In this document: one piece after another, positions 12,820-26,371 of the stretch
Layout: each line of letters begins with the position of its first letter
Position numbering within the stretch: the stretch's first letter is position 1
NCBI GenBank assembly: GCA_030704615.1
Contig: CM060731.1
Coordinates: 9,238,001-9,302,000, forward strand
From: Takakia lepidozioides
Lineage: Eukaryota; Plantae; Bryophyta
Direction: 5' to 3'
DNA length: 64,000 bases
Notes under the pieces: model-generated
Databases searched by the model: none
The model's input: the letters and a program-made list of their open reading frames with translations, nothing else
What the model was told of the DNA's origin: nothing
Translations under genes and position numbers: made by a program

Positions 12820-15800
12820 TTACGTTCCCCTTTTTCCGTATTCATTAATGGGCCCGCCTTTCATCCAATTTGACGCGCTGATTAGGTATTTTGACGGCCA
12901 TTCTTGTCCTCTTTCTTGATGACACCTGTTCTTGCACTTCCTTCTCAGCTGTGTGTCGCGCCCTGACTTCCACGTGTCTATTTTTAAACTGATTTTCGTC
13001 TTTTCTTCCGTCAGCCATTTTCCTGAAGTTATTGTGCGTCCACCTGTCACTGATTCTATGGATCGTGTAACCCTAGTAGGCTGTGTTGAGCTGTGACAGG
13101 CTGTGTCATACAGTGGTACACTGTGATAGGCTGTGATGCACTGTGGTAAGCTGTGATAGGCTGTGACACGCGGTGGTAGGTTGTGATAGGTTGTGTTGCG
13201 CCGTGCTGGGCTGTGATAGGCTGTGTCACGTTGTGATGGGCTGTGATAGACTGTGTTGCGTCGTGTTGGGCTGTGATAGGCTGTGTCACGTTGTGATGGG
13301 CTGTGATAGGCTGTGTTTCGCCTTGATGGGCTGTGATAGGCTGTGTTTCGCCTTAATGGGCTGTGATAGGCTGTGTTTCGTCTTTTCCGCCCGCCCTGGT
13401 CATATATGTTTGGCCTAGCGACAAGTGATCCATACTCCGTTGGTAACACTGGTGCAGTCCGTGACTGCTCTTGCGTTTCAACATGCAAATCATGCTGCAA
13501 GGGTTTGTCATGGATACCACTGTATCCTTTTAACTTATTGGCATTGACTCTTCCCAGTATTTCTTTGTTAATGGTTTGTAACATGGCGGTGTTGTTATCA
13601 TACATCTTTTGTATGACATAAGGTCCTTTCCATGGTGATTTAAGCTTAGAAGCTTTAATCTTTCCTTTCTTCTGCAACCATAGAACCAAATCCCCCGTCT
13701 TAAAAGTCTTTAACTTGCCTTCATCAAACTGTTCCTTTCTCTTCATCTGAATTCTGGTCATATTATCAGCTGCATCAGCACGTACTTCTTCCACATGGTA
13801 TAATTCATGTTTCCTGACCTTAATGGAATCTTGCAATTCCATTCTCTTTCCCCACTCCGTTCTCATGGTAGGTAACAAGAATTCCACTGGAAGTAAGGCT
13901 TCCATACCATAAACTAATTGGAATGGTGTATACTTAGTGGTGACTTTATATGAAGTCCTGTATGACCACAAAGCTGTCAACAGCTTTGTATCCCAATCCG
14001 TTCTGTTTGCATTGACTATCTTAGCCAAGATAGTACATAGTATTTTGTTGGTAGCCTCTGCCTGCCCATTACCCTGTGGGTAATATGTTGTACTCTTTCT
14101 ATGCACAATCATGAACTCTTTAGTCAACAACTCAATGGTCTCATTCATGAAGTGACTTCCCTGATCACTGATAAATTCTAAGGGACAGCCAAATCGTGTA
14201 AGTATGTTCTCATATAGGAACCTTGTTGTGGACTTGGCTGTGTTGTCCCTCAAAGCTTTAGCTTCCACCCACTTCGTAGTATAATCAGTGGCTGTAATTA
14301 TGTACCTGTTTCGTGTATTCTTGGCTGGTGGGTTAATTGGTCCAACAAAGTCTAGTCCCCATTTCTGAAATGGTTCCGTAGGCATTGTAGGATGCAAGGC
14401 CATCCTTCCAGATCTCTGCAAAGGTCCTAGCCTCTGACATTCATCACAACTCTGACAATACTCGTGTACATCTTTGAACAAAGTAAGCCACCAGTAACCT
14501 GCGAGTAGTATCTTCCTACTGGTAGTCTCTTCTCCAAAATGACCTCCAGCCACTCCTTTATGAACTTCCTCCAAAACTTTATTTACTTCATGGTGGTACA
14601 AGCATCGTTTTAGTACTCCATCAGGTCCTAGCTTATACATTCTGCCTCTTACCATAGTATAAGGTAAAGCTTTGATAGCGATTCTCTTCCTCTGCTCCTT
14701 ACCATAACTAGGTGGGCACTGACCATGAGCAAGGTAGTATCTGATTGGCCACTGCCAATCTAACTAGTCATCTGCACTTCCCTCCACCTCCACTGCAAAT
14801 AGACTCGCATCTGGTAATTGATCATCTATTCCTGTGGCTGGTTCTCCTGTTGATAACCGTGACAAGTGATCCGCCACAAGATGCAGTCTCCCAGGCTTGT
14901 AAACAACCTCGAACTCAAACTCGTGCAAGATTATCAACCATCTTGCTATTCTTCCGCTTATCAGAGGTTTGTTTACCAGGTATATCAGAGCCTGGTGATC
15001 CACATAGAACATAAACTTCTTGCCCAACAGGTAATGCCTGAATTTCTTCACTGCATAGATCATTGCCAATGCTTCTCTTTCCGTTGTGCTATAGTTCCTT
15101 TCAGCACTGTTCATCAACCTGCTAGCATAGTACACAGGTGAATCTATATTTCCTGTAACATTCTGGGTTAACACCGCTCCCAACGCTTCTCCTGATGCAT
15201 CGCAGTGAACATGAAATACTACATGTCAGTGAGGGTTAATCAGCACAGGTGTAGTTGTTACTGACAGTGTAAGTTTCTCAAACGCCTGTTGACATTCAGC
15301 TGTCCAGGCAAACACTACATCTTTCTTCAGAAGCTTGCTCAATGGTGCTGCTATTTGTGCATACCTTTTGACAAATCTTCTGTAATAACTGGTTTGCCCA
15401 AGGAATCTCCTTAGACTCTTAACATTCACTGGATGTGGAGAGGCTTTAATGGACTCTGTCTTCCTGGGATCCACAATAAGTCCCTTCTTACACACAATGT
15501 GTCCCAGAAGCACCCCTGAGTTCACACAGAAAGTACACTTCTCTGGATTCAGGCCCAGACCTCTCATCCTGCATCTGGCCAGACATAACTCCAATTTATG
15601 TAAGTGCTCATTCTTAGAGCTGTACACACTGAAATCATCCAAGAATACCTGCATGAAATCATCCAGATACTCATGAAAAGATTCACTTATCACTCTCTGA
15701 AAGGTCGCTGGTGCATTACAAAGTCCAAAGGGCATGACTTTGTATGCATAAGCACCCCAGTCTGTGATGAAAGCTGTTTTTCCTTGGTCTTCTTCTGCCA

Positions 15801-18753
15801 CTTGCACTTGATTATAACCACTGAAGCCATCCATGAATGAGTACATCTCATGGCCTGCCACAGTGTCTAATACTGCTTCTGTGAATGGCAAAGGGAAAGG
15901 ATCTTTCTTCGTACAAGCATTCAGCTTCTTGTAGTTCACACAAACTCTTAGTTTACCATTCTTCTTGGGAACTATAACAATGGGTGACAACCAAGTTGTA
16001 TACTCTATTGGGTATATAAACTTAGCCTCAGCCAACTTCTTAATCTCTTCTCCAACCTTCTGTGCGTAGTTGGGATTCATTCTGTACCTCGCCTGCTTGA
16101 TTGGTACTGACCCTGGTTCCAGTTCAATCTTATGCTGACAGACTTCAGGTGGTATCCTTTTTAGATCCTCATAGCTCCAAGCAAATACATCTCTGTATTT
16201 GATGAACAAGCTTTTAGCTTCTTCAAAGAATTCCGGCTCCAAATCAGCTCTTACTTTCACCATCCTCGGTTCCTCTTTAGTTCCCACATTCACTTCCCTC
16301 ACTTGCTCATCAACTGTGATTGTCCAACCAGTCACCACTTCATCCTGTAAGCTCACAGTGGTTGGTTCCTCTAGGATTTCCATTTCTCCTTATCTTTCTG
16401 AATAGAAATGTGATGGGTAACTGCTGGTTTCCTCTTCAGTTGGTGTTGCTGTCACTACACCACAGCAGATACCTCTTAAACAACTTAGGCTTTCCAGCCG
16501 CATCTCTGCAACCTGCTCCCACTCTGGGTGTGCAGCAAATAGGGTAGCTTCCTGCTCCTCATCCAGTCCTCCTTTCCAGTCATACTCTCTGACTCCTCGA
16601 GGTCTTCTTGTAGCAGGTAATCTACTAGATTTCTTTGTGGTAATTTGTATCTCGTGTATCCCATTATGCACGGTTAGTAACTGAGAATTCCAGTCATGGA
16701 ATACCCTGGCCTATTTCAGCCACGGACGTCCCAATAATAAGGAGTAAGCCTCCATGACTTCATCCATCTTCAACACAGTTACTGTGATCATAAAGATCAT
16801 CTTCTGTATCTGTATCTTAACTCCTCTTATTAATCCCAATGGCTGTATACTTCTTTGATCTGCCATTGTTACTGTAAATGGGGCTGGTTTCATGTTACTT
16901 AGACCAAGCTTCTTTCTTAATTGGTCTGTCATGATATTTACTCGAGAACCTCCATCTATCAGTACATCAGTTAGTTATGTGCTTCCAATTCTCAATTGGA
17001 TTACTGGCATAGAATCATCAAAGTCCATGACTGTTTCTCGCCCTTCCGGCTTCACATTATAACTGGTCACCTTGCTGTTCAGGTCTGTGTTTCCTGTCTC
17101 CTGGGCAATTCGATTGATTGCTTGATACAGCCTGTGCCTACAATAAGGTGCCACAGCCAATAGCTGTCCAATGGTAATTTCTGCTTTGGTCTGGCATATT
17201 ACTTCAGCCAAAGTCTCTTCATTATTTTGCATGTCTGCATCTTCTTTCTTCCTTTCATCCTCACTCCCTTCTTCTTCTCCATCAGAATCAGAGGAATCTG
17301 CCACAGGAATATCAGTACTCTTCTGCATTTCCCTTATGGTATCTGCTACTTCCTTGTGCAGTTCCTTCTCATCTCTCCAAGCCTCATCATCTTTAGGCAT
17401 ATCACTGCCACCTTCATTATCATCTTCTTCCTCTACTACTGGAGGTATTAGTTTGGCTTTACTTCTTGTTACTATCATTGTACTTACTTCTGGTACAACA
17501 CATGGCCTAACCATGTGAGCTGCCACCACTGGGCCCTCATTCACAGGAGCTCTCATCTCATTCTGGTGTCTAATCCAGAATGAACAGGCTGCCTTGCGAT
17601 GTCCTGGCTGATTACAATAGTAACATAGTTCTTACTGTTGTAAACTTCCATACACTTCATCCTCAGTTTTACTTGTCCTGAACCTATTTCGAAATGCTGT
17701 ATTCAAGCCATTCCAGGTTAGGAAATGATTATCAGGGAATCTTGCATACCATTCACTTGCTTTCTTGATAAGTGAACAAGGAAACAATCTCATCTTGGCA
17801 TCATCGCCATTCTCATTGTTCACTATACACATGTGCTCAAATTGGCTAATGTGTACATCGGGATCCCCTTTTCCTGAATATATTGGAAATGGTGGTTTTG
17901 CCCGTGTTGGTTGTAACGCCATCTGTGGCCCTACCTTCTGCCCATTGACAGGTGCTGGCACCCTTGCTGGTGCTGGTCCTTCTGGACCTGTTGTTTTTGT
18001 GGTGGATCTTCCACCAAGTGGTGGCCCTTGAGCACTCCCTGCTTCCGGCCCCACGATATTCACAGTATTCCCAGCTTCAGTTGCACTACTTCCCACACTC
18101 CCTGTCCCTCCAGAGCCAGATCCAGGCAGCCCGCCTGATCCCCCTGAGCCGACACCTTCGTTGGCCTGTGATCCAAGTGCTCCACTTGATCCAGGTCCAA
18201 CGGGTTGGGATGTACTGGTTGTAGTCTCAACCTTAGCTGTTGGGTCTACTTCTTCGTATTCTTCCTCTTCCAATTTCTTATCTCTGTTTTCATCCTCCAA
18301 GTTCTGCCCTTGGGTTTCTTCTTCACTCATGTAACTCAACTGTAATGGTGTTGGAGAGTCTGAACTCTCCGTTGGCTCTGCCACATCCTCTTCTCCTTCT
18401 TCACCTTCCGCTTCAGAAACTGGAGTTCCTGCTTTTGGTGTTCCATGCCAACTCTTATCAAAGATTTCTGTCAAATCTTTTATCCAGGGATGTACCTCAG
18501 ATCTTTCACCTCGTGATTGATCTTCTTCCTGTACCAATTCCCTTAATCTTTCTTGCAAAGAAACAGAAGGAGTGGCATCCAACTCTAGTTCTTCCGGTAT
18601 GGGTGATGTACTCTTTGATCTTAATGGTGTGAGAGGTCCAGATGATTCCCCTATGTCTATTCCTCTCTCCCAAAGATATGGATAATTAGCTTTCAGATAG
18701 CTTTCTCTTTTTGCTGAATATCTCTGGCGTCTAGCTTCTCTTTCATCACTCAT
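12820..18753 (-). pseudogene. gag-pol polyprotein pseudogene (one frame, at least 6 premature stops)
   Basis: ORF pieces 17632-18753, 16975-17556, 16711-16932, 16390-16671, 15226-16383, 14764-15183 and 12820-14655 are all in frame. Motifs: gag YSGKGDPDVHI..FPCSL, knuckle CYYCNQPGHRKAAC, protease VLIDGGSRVNIM, RT FMDGFSGY/FLDDF, RNaseH NYSTTEREAL, integrase H-H-C-C plus WGLDFVGP/SDQGSHF/GQAE. Confidence 0.92.
13077..13380. repeat. Minisatellite (10-bp CTGTGNNNNN subunits, 30-bp higher-order unit) in the integrase 3' extension
   Basis: Repeated ctgtgatagg/ctgtgtcacg/ttgtgatggg; encodes (RRNTAYHSPS)n-like repeats in the pol frame. Confidence 0.9.
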
Positions 18754-18774
18754 GTCCCATGTCTTTCATTTCTT

Positions 18775-19470
18775 TTAATGTGGCAATAACCAAAACTCTC
18801 TTCTGTAATATCTCTCGTATATGCCTGGGTTTCTTTCAAGCTTCAATGCACCCTTGGCTATACTTGAAGTCTCCGTTACCATATAACCATATGGCAAACA
18901 AGTCTGGAAAACTGTTCTTGGTGTGAGTTTGATCCACAAAATATCCTTTGGAATCCAATTCTTTACCAGTACAAGCTCTTCATGCATATGAGTATAAACA
19001 TTCACCTTTCTTTCTTCCCAGCCTTCAAACTCTACTCGCTTAATGGATAGCAATGCTATCACATAAACCAACATTGGTAACCAACGTGCTCTTCCTCTAC
19101 AGGCTACCTGATAAATCTTTATCACTCCTTTCTCCAGACCCCATTCCGGATCAGCATCATGCACTCGCTTAAGAATATTTTCTTTACAACCGTCTGGCAA
19201 TTCCAAGAACCTTTGAAAGAATTGTTTGGACAATCTTTCTTCCTTCGTTCCACAGGGAATTTGATTCACTTCAAATTCTTTAATGGTCCAACCACCATGA
19301 TCCCACCAGATGCCTATCACATCTGGTTGTTCATGACTCAGTTCCCCAGTATGGTCGCCAAATGTCGCGCGGCTTTTACTCACCCATCCCTTCGCTATCC
19401 GAGGCGGAAACTCCAAAATAGAAGAGTTGGAAATCTCTAAGTACTCAGCCCGCGCAGAACAATCAGTCAT
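18775..19470 (-). CDS. 231-aa ORF of unknown function immediately upstream of gag
   Basis: Uninterrupted ATG-started ORF in the element's orientation, ending about 20 bp before the gag ATG. No recognised motif. Confidence 0.45.
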   Translation of the reverse strand: MTDCSARAEYLEISNSSILEFPPRIAKGWVSKSRATFGDHTGELSHEQPDVIGIWWDHGGWTIKEFEVNQIPCGTKEERLSKQFFQRFLELPDGCKENILKRVHDADPEWGLEKGVIKIYQVACRGRARWLPMLVYVIALLSIKRVEFEGWEERKVNVYTHMHEELVLVKNWIPKDILWIKLTPRTVFQTCLPYGYMVTETSSIAKGALKLERNPGIYERYYRREFWLLPH

Positions 19471-20019
19471 GACCTACAGCTAGTGTATCATGGGGGTGTT
19501 TCCTATTTGTTTCCCTTTCCGCATTCATGTTAGCTACCTTACCATTACTAATTAAGTATCAGTTTGCTTCATCAATCTATTGGATTCCATCAACCCATCC
19601 ATTCATTCCACAGCTTCACTCAGATCTCTCTACACAGTGTGATTGTATCGTATAAGTATCAGATTATGATTTATCAGGTATCAGGCCGAAGCCATTGTGT
19701 CTCTAATCTGCTCTACAATATCACTACAGCTTTGCATATAACAAGCATCTACTAATCATCTTTCCTCCTTCACCGTGCTCTCCATCTTTACTCTCCGTCC
19801 GATCCCCTCTCATGCATGACCAAGAAGTCCTCCCCCCTGAAGTGCTTCCAAGAATATATATCTGTCCCCTTCTCAGTCCTTGATTCTCCCTTTATCTTCC
19901 TACCCGTGGCTCTAACCGTTTCCCTCACTAACCGTCGTCCGTGAACTAACATGTTCCATTTGCAGGTGTTGTTCCCCACAGTCGTTCCCTGTCCTGCTCT
20001 CCGTTCCCTCTGGTCGTGA

Positions 20020-20255
20020 CAGCTGTGTCAAGCTGTGACTGGCTGTGTGAAACTGTGATGGGCTGTGACTGGCTGTGCGACTGTGTTTGGCTGTGTCGGG
20101 CTGTGACTGGCTGTGTGGCTGTGTCGGCTGTGACGGGCTGTGTTGACTGTGATGGCTGTGTCGGGCTATGACGAGCTGTGCTAACTGTGTCTGGCTGTGT
20201 CGGCTGTGACTGGCTGTGTGGCTGTGTCGGCTGTGACGACTGTGACGGACTGTGT
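20020..20255. repeat. Degenerate CTGTG(A/T)C(T)GG minisatellite in the 5' region of the gypsy element
   Basis: Repeated ctgtgactgg/ctgtgtcgg, the same CTGTG core as 13077-13380. Confidence 0.85.
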
Positions 20256-21393
20256 AACCCCCCTCTACAATGCGCTGATGTCACCCCTAAGGCTCCTGTT
20301 GGTCTCAGTCTGTGCAAAAATTAAGGGTACCCTACAGATCCCGTATAAGTGTCTAAGTCCCAGACAGTCCTCTAACAGTCCCATTACACACAGCTGGGGG
20401 GAAACCAAAAATTTGCTGGTGCCAGATCACGGTTGGGACTTGCACCGAAGAAACGGTTCGATGACATATCGATGGTGTTCGTCAATATAGTTTGTGATGA
20501 TGACTCTATTGTCTTCGAGGCAAAGGACTACTCCAATATCCTGGATGTTTTTGTGGCTCGGAAGCTCATGTCCAGTGCATTTGTGTTTTTCTCGACACAA
20601 GAATCATCGGGAAATCTTGTGTCATACATCCGGAATGGCCCTTGGATCAAAATCGTTTATTATCCGACAGGGTTATTATATTCCCGGCGAGTTTGAATCA
20701 CCTTACAAGAGCTGCACGACTATATTCTCCCGGACGGTCCTCTGCCTCGACTACGTATTTTCGGCAACAGCTGAGGAGATGGTGAATCCGGACGATCACA
20801 TTCAAACTGTTTTGTTAACGCCGGACCCAATTAATCCCGTTATCCAAGGACCAGATGTAGACCCGACCTCGCAGGAGAAGGAGTGCAGGACTTACACTCA
20901 TGAGTTGAGGGTGGACACCTACGATTACCTGGGGTTTTTTTTTTGCGGGGACGGAATGTCTTGTGTGAACATTTTCGGAGGCCTGGCAATGACATACGTT
21001 CTGCTTGTAAGTGGATTCTGCATCGTTTTGGAATTGTCTGTGTTTTCAGTTTGCCGGATTTAACTCTCGTGTTTTTTTACGTTGTCGGAATAGCATGTTT
21101 AACCTGCGTCTGTTTCCATTTTGTTAACCTCCACTGGGCAGTGGAGGTTCATGTTATTGGAGTTGTGGGTGTTTTGGGTGTTTGTTATTCGGGAGTTTGG
21201 TGTGTTTGCTAGTTGTCTCAAAAGAAAGCCTAACCCTTTCAATCTTTCGATGGTTGGTGTTCGTCGGATTTATTTTGATATCATTGTTTGGTTTCATTGC
21301 AAGAAAGAAATATTCGTGTGTTTGACATAAACTTTGTAAGAAAAAAGAAATTTTGTAGAATCAAGGTGGAGGCTTATTTCAAGACGCTCCAGA

Positions 21394-24300
21394 TTGACAG
21401 TCAGACTATCGCAAGAGACGGAGATGACGGAGACTCACTGCAAGATGATGAAGTGGACGAAGAAGATGATGACGAAGGACACGACAAGGATCAGGACGAG
21501 GAAATGGAGGAGAAACAAGAAGAGGACGAGGAGGAGGAGAAAGACGAAGATGAGAACATGGAAATTGTCACCGGAGACCAGGGGCATATGCGACTAATGT
21601 GGGAAAAGGAAAGAGAGGGCCAGGAAATTTCCCGGTTGGATAAACTAGGTAGTACTCCAAATACCCAAGAACGCGTTGCGCCACAAAGTGTACACAATCT
21701 GGACAGCTCTTTCTCCAGTTCCGATAACACCACAAATAAAAATCCGGCTTCTCCAGGGGGACAAGAAGCGACATCGACGGAGTTAGTTGAAACCCTCGGT
21801 CAAGGGTTCACACCTGTGGAAAGTGACGAGCCATTGATTATGTCACCGGATCCCGTTAACAATCGTCGTGAGCTGGTGTCCCAGAATGTCACCCAGGAAG
21901 TCGTTCTGGATGTAGGTAACGAATGACAATTAGTGAATTTTTATTCGTACACACTTCTGAATACAATATGACAATATTGTAATTATACATACTTATGAGT
22001 GGCATAATCCGAATGTTTTTTCCATATCCTTTATTCTGGACTTCCGAATAAAACATATTTCCACCCGGATACATATTTCCGTTCGCACACCTTTGTGGAC
22101 AACCACTAACCGATTTGGATAACTTTTCTTGTAGATCCAAGAATCCCATTCGGAGGAAATAACACACACACGAAAAGGCTCAAAGGAGACTCAAACGGTG
22201 AAGAGACACGTGGATCTGACAATGAGGGCCAGGTCACCTGAGCCAGTTCCGCAAGTAACCTCCACTGTCCAGTCGATGTTGCCATCTGCAGGGAATGAGT
22301 CGGAGAATCCTCTTACTCGCAGGGAGGGGGAAGAGACAGAGCACCACAAACGCGTAATCCAACAACAGATCCCGATTCGGGTAAAACATTGGCTTTATTC
22401 TTATTACTCTTATTATTGGTCTTTGAGTCTCATCTTTGGTATTGCTCAATTCGGTAATTTTGTCGGATCAATTTAGACCACCATAATCCTCATCCGTGGG
22501 ATTCTTTAATTTCCTGTAGATTCGTGAGACGACGTCTGAGGAGATCAAACACACGAGGACCGACTCCAACGACACTGAGACGGTGAAGAGAAGAGTGGAT
22601 CGGACAATCACTATCGCTCTATCTGAGCCGGTCATACAAGTAACCTCCACTGGACAGTCGAATTGCCATCTGGTGCCACAGAGAAGGACGATAACGTTTG
22701 CCGTAGAGATGGGAAAGAGGAGGAGCAGCCTGCCCAGGGATCTCAGCAGCCGCCCCAAAAAACGGTAATGCTTTCAACTCCATTTTTCCGTTTGTCTACT
22801 TTGGGATTTCTGAAATTGAAATTAATAATGAACTCTTCTGTTATTCCACAGGACAACATGCATTACCCTCCAGTCGACTATTCCTTTTCTGTCAATCCAA
22901 ACGATCTGCATTCCCTTCCTTGGGGACCAAACAGATGCCGACCAGGATACTACGTCCTGGTTCTGGACATCGGTTACCTTTGTGAGGTTTTCCTAAAGGA
23001 TGGAAAGAAAACACCTCCTGCCACCGAGCGTTGTATCTCCGCAGGGGAATTCAAGTTAGCTACGCGAAACGGTCTTGACGAATTCGTTAAGTGGGTCGTC
23101 AAAAAGTTTGCCGTTTGTTTTTGGAACACTGGACCTGAAATGAACGTCGAGACTATTGCCAAGGCCGTGTTCGGGAAGTACTACTCCCAAGTCAGAACTT
23201 ATAGCAGTGAGAATTCCGTCATGCATAGATCGACATTCAACGAAAAATGGCCTAAAGCTCCCAAAAATCCCATCTACTTTAAACGTCTTTATGACATTTT
23301 CGCTGAGGAAGACCCGACAGCTTACAAATCCAATACTCTCCTCATCGACAGTGTAGACAATATGTACAAGTCCTACTTGAACCCGTTAGGACATACCATC
23401 TTCCTTCCAAAATATAAGGCGCGCGTGGACCTTGACAGAGATAAATTTCTCCTGGAAGAGCTCAAGCCTCACCTTAACATGTTCCGGTTATCGGGGATGG
23501 ATGTCATGCCATTCAACGAGTTACATCCTTTCGGCGTTACGAAGGATTTCTTCGAAGACGACCCAGCGGTCAAATTTCTTAGAGACTTTGATTATAGGTG
23601 GTAGAAGTTCGTTAGCAATCACGAGTTGCGTGCCGCTGCATTGGGACATAAAATATTTTAATTGAGTTTGGTGAACCTTGGCTGTCCAGTGGACGTTCTG
23701 GTTCACTTGCCCGGTGTCGGTTTTTCCACTGCATTGTACTGTTCCCTTTTATCATCCTAAGTATGAATGACTCTCTGGCAGATTGGAGCACCTGTTTCTC
23801 CTCCTGCGCAAGGGTTGTGTTTGATTATTTTTGACGTGAATGGAGTCTTGTGCAAAATCTTGAAGCACCAGAAGAGCTACAATGTCCCCCGGTTTTCAAA
23901 TCGGATTACAGAATTCCAGCTCTTGTCGGATTCCGACTTGTCTTTAGACGGGAGATATATCGCGAAGTGTGGACAGAGTTGCACAAACACTTCCGGTTAG
24001 GGATTTGGAGCTCTATGATGTACAAGAAATTGCAGCTCATCCTGGATTTTTTGCTTCGCGGTCTACCTCAACCGGCCTTCGTTATGTCTCAAGAGGATTG
24101 TATTTCATGTCCTACTTTGGTTCACCCTCAATTCAAATCAGGATTGGACCCTCCTCATTTGTTTTTGAAGCCACTGGTCAAGGTCTGGTAGAGATTTGGT
24201 GGACAATATACTAAGAGTAACACTCTGCGACGACACCACCATGAAGTGTGTATTGAACCCGCCCGACTCATGTCTTGTTCTCAAACCGTTCCAGACCGTG

Positions 24301-26371
24301 GAGACTGATGGTTGCTATCTTCTCAAGGTTCTTCAGACCTATTTGCTTGGAACGAGAAAACATCCCACTGTTTCAAGCTATCTTAGGAAAAAAATGATAG
24401 GGTTGAGTTTTTTTCAAACGATCCCAAGTTTAGCCCACTCTGGGATTTTATTGAGGACAACGGTTTTAAGAGTCTCAGATATGATGCTTCAAAATAAATT
24501 ATTTTTGATCAATCCCATCTCACTCGAGCTATTGAATATCTTCATGGTTTCTGATTCTCATTTCCTTGTAATCACACATGTGATAGATATGGTACTCTTC
24601 TTTTCACTCATTTTCAGTTGAATTCTTGACGCACATTCCGGGCAATCCCAAGACTCTGATACAGGCCTTCATACGGGGACATGACTATATCTAGTGACCT
24701 CCACTGTTCAGTGGAGGTTCACATTCCTGCACTCCCAGATTTATGATTATGTCTCTTTGGCAGGTTCAAGGAGATGCTGACGACGTCATCGGTTCCTCAA
24801 GTCCCCTAAAGGAACCCTCCGGATCAGCAGTGAGTTGGAGTATTGAAGGCTTTCCGAGGGTTCACGACGGTGCTCAAATTGAGGGTGGATCCTCTGTCAG
24901 ACCCTTGTCCTCCCAGGAAGCGGGCGACACTCTTCTCCTCTCGGGTCCTCCTGGGTGTAAAGTCCAAAGTGCAGGTGAAGAACACAAATATCCCGGAGAC
25001 TTTATCGACCTTTCCCAACATTCCTCACCCTCCCTGTTCAGTATGCAGGGTTTGGTCTATCCAACCCGCAAGGCAACCGTCGGGGACTCGGCTACGGCTC
25101 CGCTGCACCTGGTTCCGTCTCTTCCTCGCATATCTCCCCAGCACGAGGGTTGGACAGCCCAAATCCGCAGGAGTCAGGTGACTTAAACTCATTTCTCGCT
25201 CCTTGCTCATTCTCTTAGTTTCACTTAGTTTGGGGTCTGATATTCATCTGTCGCTCCAGGTCAGAAAATCTGCAGATTATGACCTTCCTGTCAAACGACG
25301 TCTGCATTGGAATGCAGTTTCGAGGTAAATTATTCATTCGTTGCGTTTTCATTCCATCCAGGATGTCGAGTGCTCAAGGGACATTTATTTGTGCTTGCCT
25401 GTTGTTGCCCCTCCACTCCTCCCGTCGTTCAATGGCAAAACATCTCCAACATCGATACAGCGTGACCCTGAACTGTTGGCACAATGTTCTGTACCAAAGA
25501 GGCGAAAAGGAGCCCCCGAGCCATTTCCTTCCTCTGCAGGAAATCTTTCCAACGGACAAAAGGCTGACAAGAAAAAAAGAGCGGACTCCAAACACATGAG
25601 GACTCCCTCGGAAGTTGTGGCGCCTCGTCAATCCAAGCCCGCAGGAATCCACTGTTCTTCTGCAAGACATTCCAATAAGGCTTCAATGGTACATTTCAAA
25701 ACAATTTCTCCACTTTCGTTTGTAGTTTGTTTTGCTGTCCCAAACTAACTCCGTAATTTTTATACAAGCGAGTATGGAGCCGCAGAACTTCTTGAATGCG
25801 CCTCCCGACAAGGTGCGTCCACTAACCTCCACTTGACAGCCAGCGTTCATCTTTTTGTGATCTCGAACTCTTCGATATATGGTCTACTCTTGGTCCTTTA
25901 CAGTAGTCCATTGTCGGGACACTTATGTCTCCGAAAACGTAGAGGTCACTCTAAAACTAAGAAACACTACATCGTGTTGTTTTTTACGGCGATAACACTT
26001 AAATTGCGCAGGATGGCATTGTCCATCAACCTTCATTTGCCACATCGGGGAAGAGGAAATGGATGTTGTTAATATTGAGTGTCAACGGACTCCTCTGCTA
26101 CCGGCCACCTCCAACCGGTGGTGAATTGTTTAAGGAGAGATTTCATTTCATGAAAGTTATAGTTCATGTTCCCGACAGACCTTTTGTGGTTCCCCGGCCC
26201 GGAGTCTTGGAGTTTCTCAACCTTGCGTTCATGCATTTTCACGTGGCGATCTGGTCATGTGCTGAAAAAGATGTTCTTCGTAGGATGCTCGAGTGCTTAG
26301 TTCCTACGAGAATTTGCAAAGAAGTTTTGCTTCATCTGGTCAGTTGAGGATTGCAAAGACACGACCGGTTA
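21394..26371 (+). pseudogene. Fragmented multi-exon gene with an acidic N-terminal region and three FCP1/NIF-type HAD phosphatase-like domains
   Basis: Domain 1 (~22851-23604): VLVLDIGYLC..RNGLDEFV..FAVCFW..YFKRL..SNTLLIDS..KSYLNP. Domain 2 (~23782-24400): LIIFDVNGVLC..FRLGIWSS..FVMSQEDC..LFLKPL..DDT.MKCVLNP, frameshifted. Domain 3 (~26060-26371): LLILSVNGLLC..RPGVLEFL..FHVAIWS, cut at 26371. Duplicated exon-like blocks at ~22135-22350 and ~22520-22765. Whether all pieces form one gene is inferred. Confidence 0.6.

Larger units (their letters stand above)
9511..20336 (-). mobile_element. Decayed non-chromoviral Ty3/gypsy LTR retrotransposon (Athila/Tat/Phygy-like) with extra ORFs; 3' end truncated
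   Basis: Order gag-PR-RT-RNaseH-INT on the minus strand. Candidate 5' LTR start TGTAGGGTACCC at 20336 (minus). No matching 3' LTR found, so both boundaries are approximate. Confidence 0.8.
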
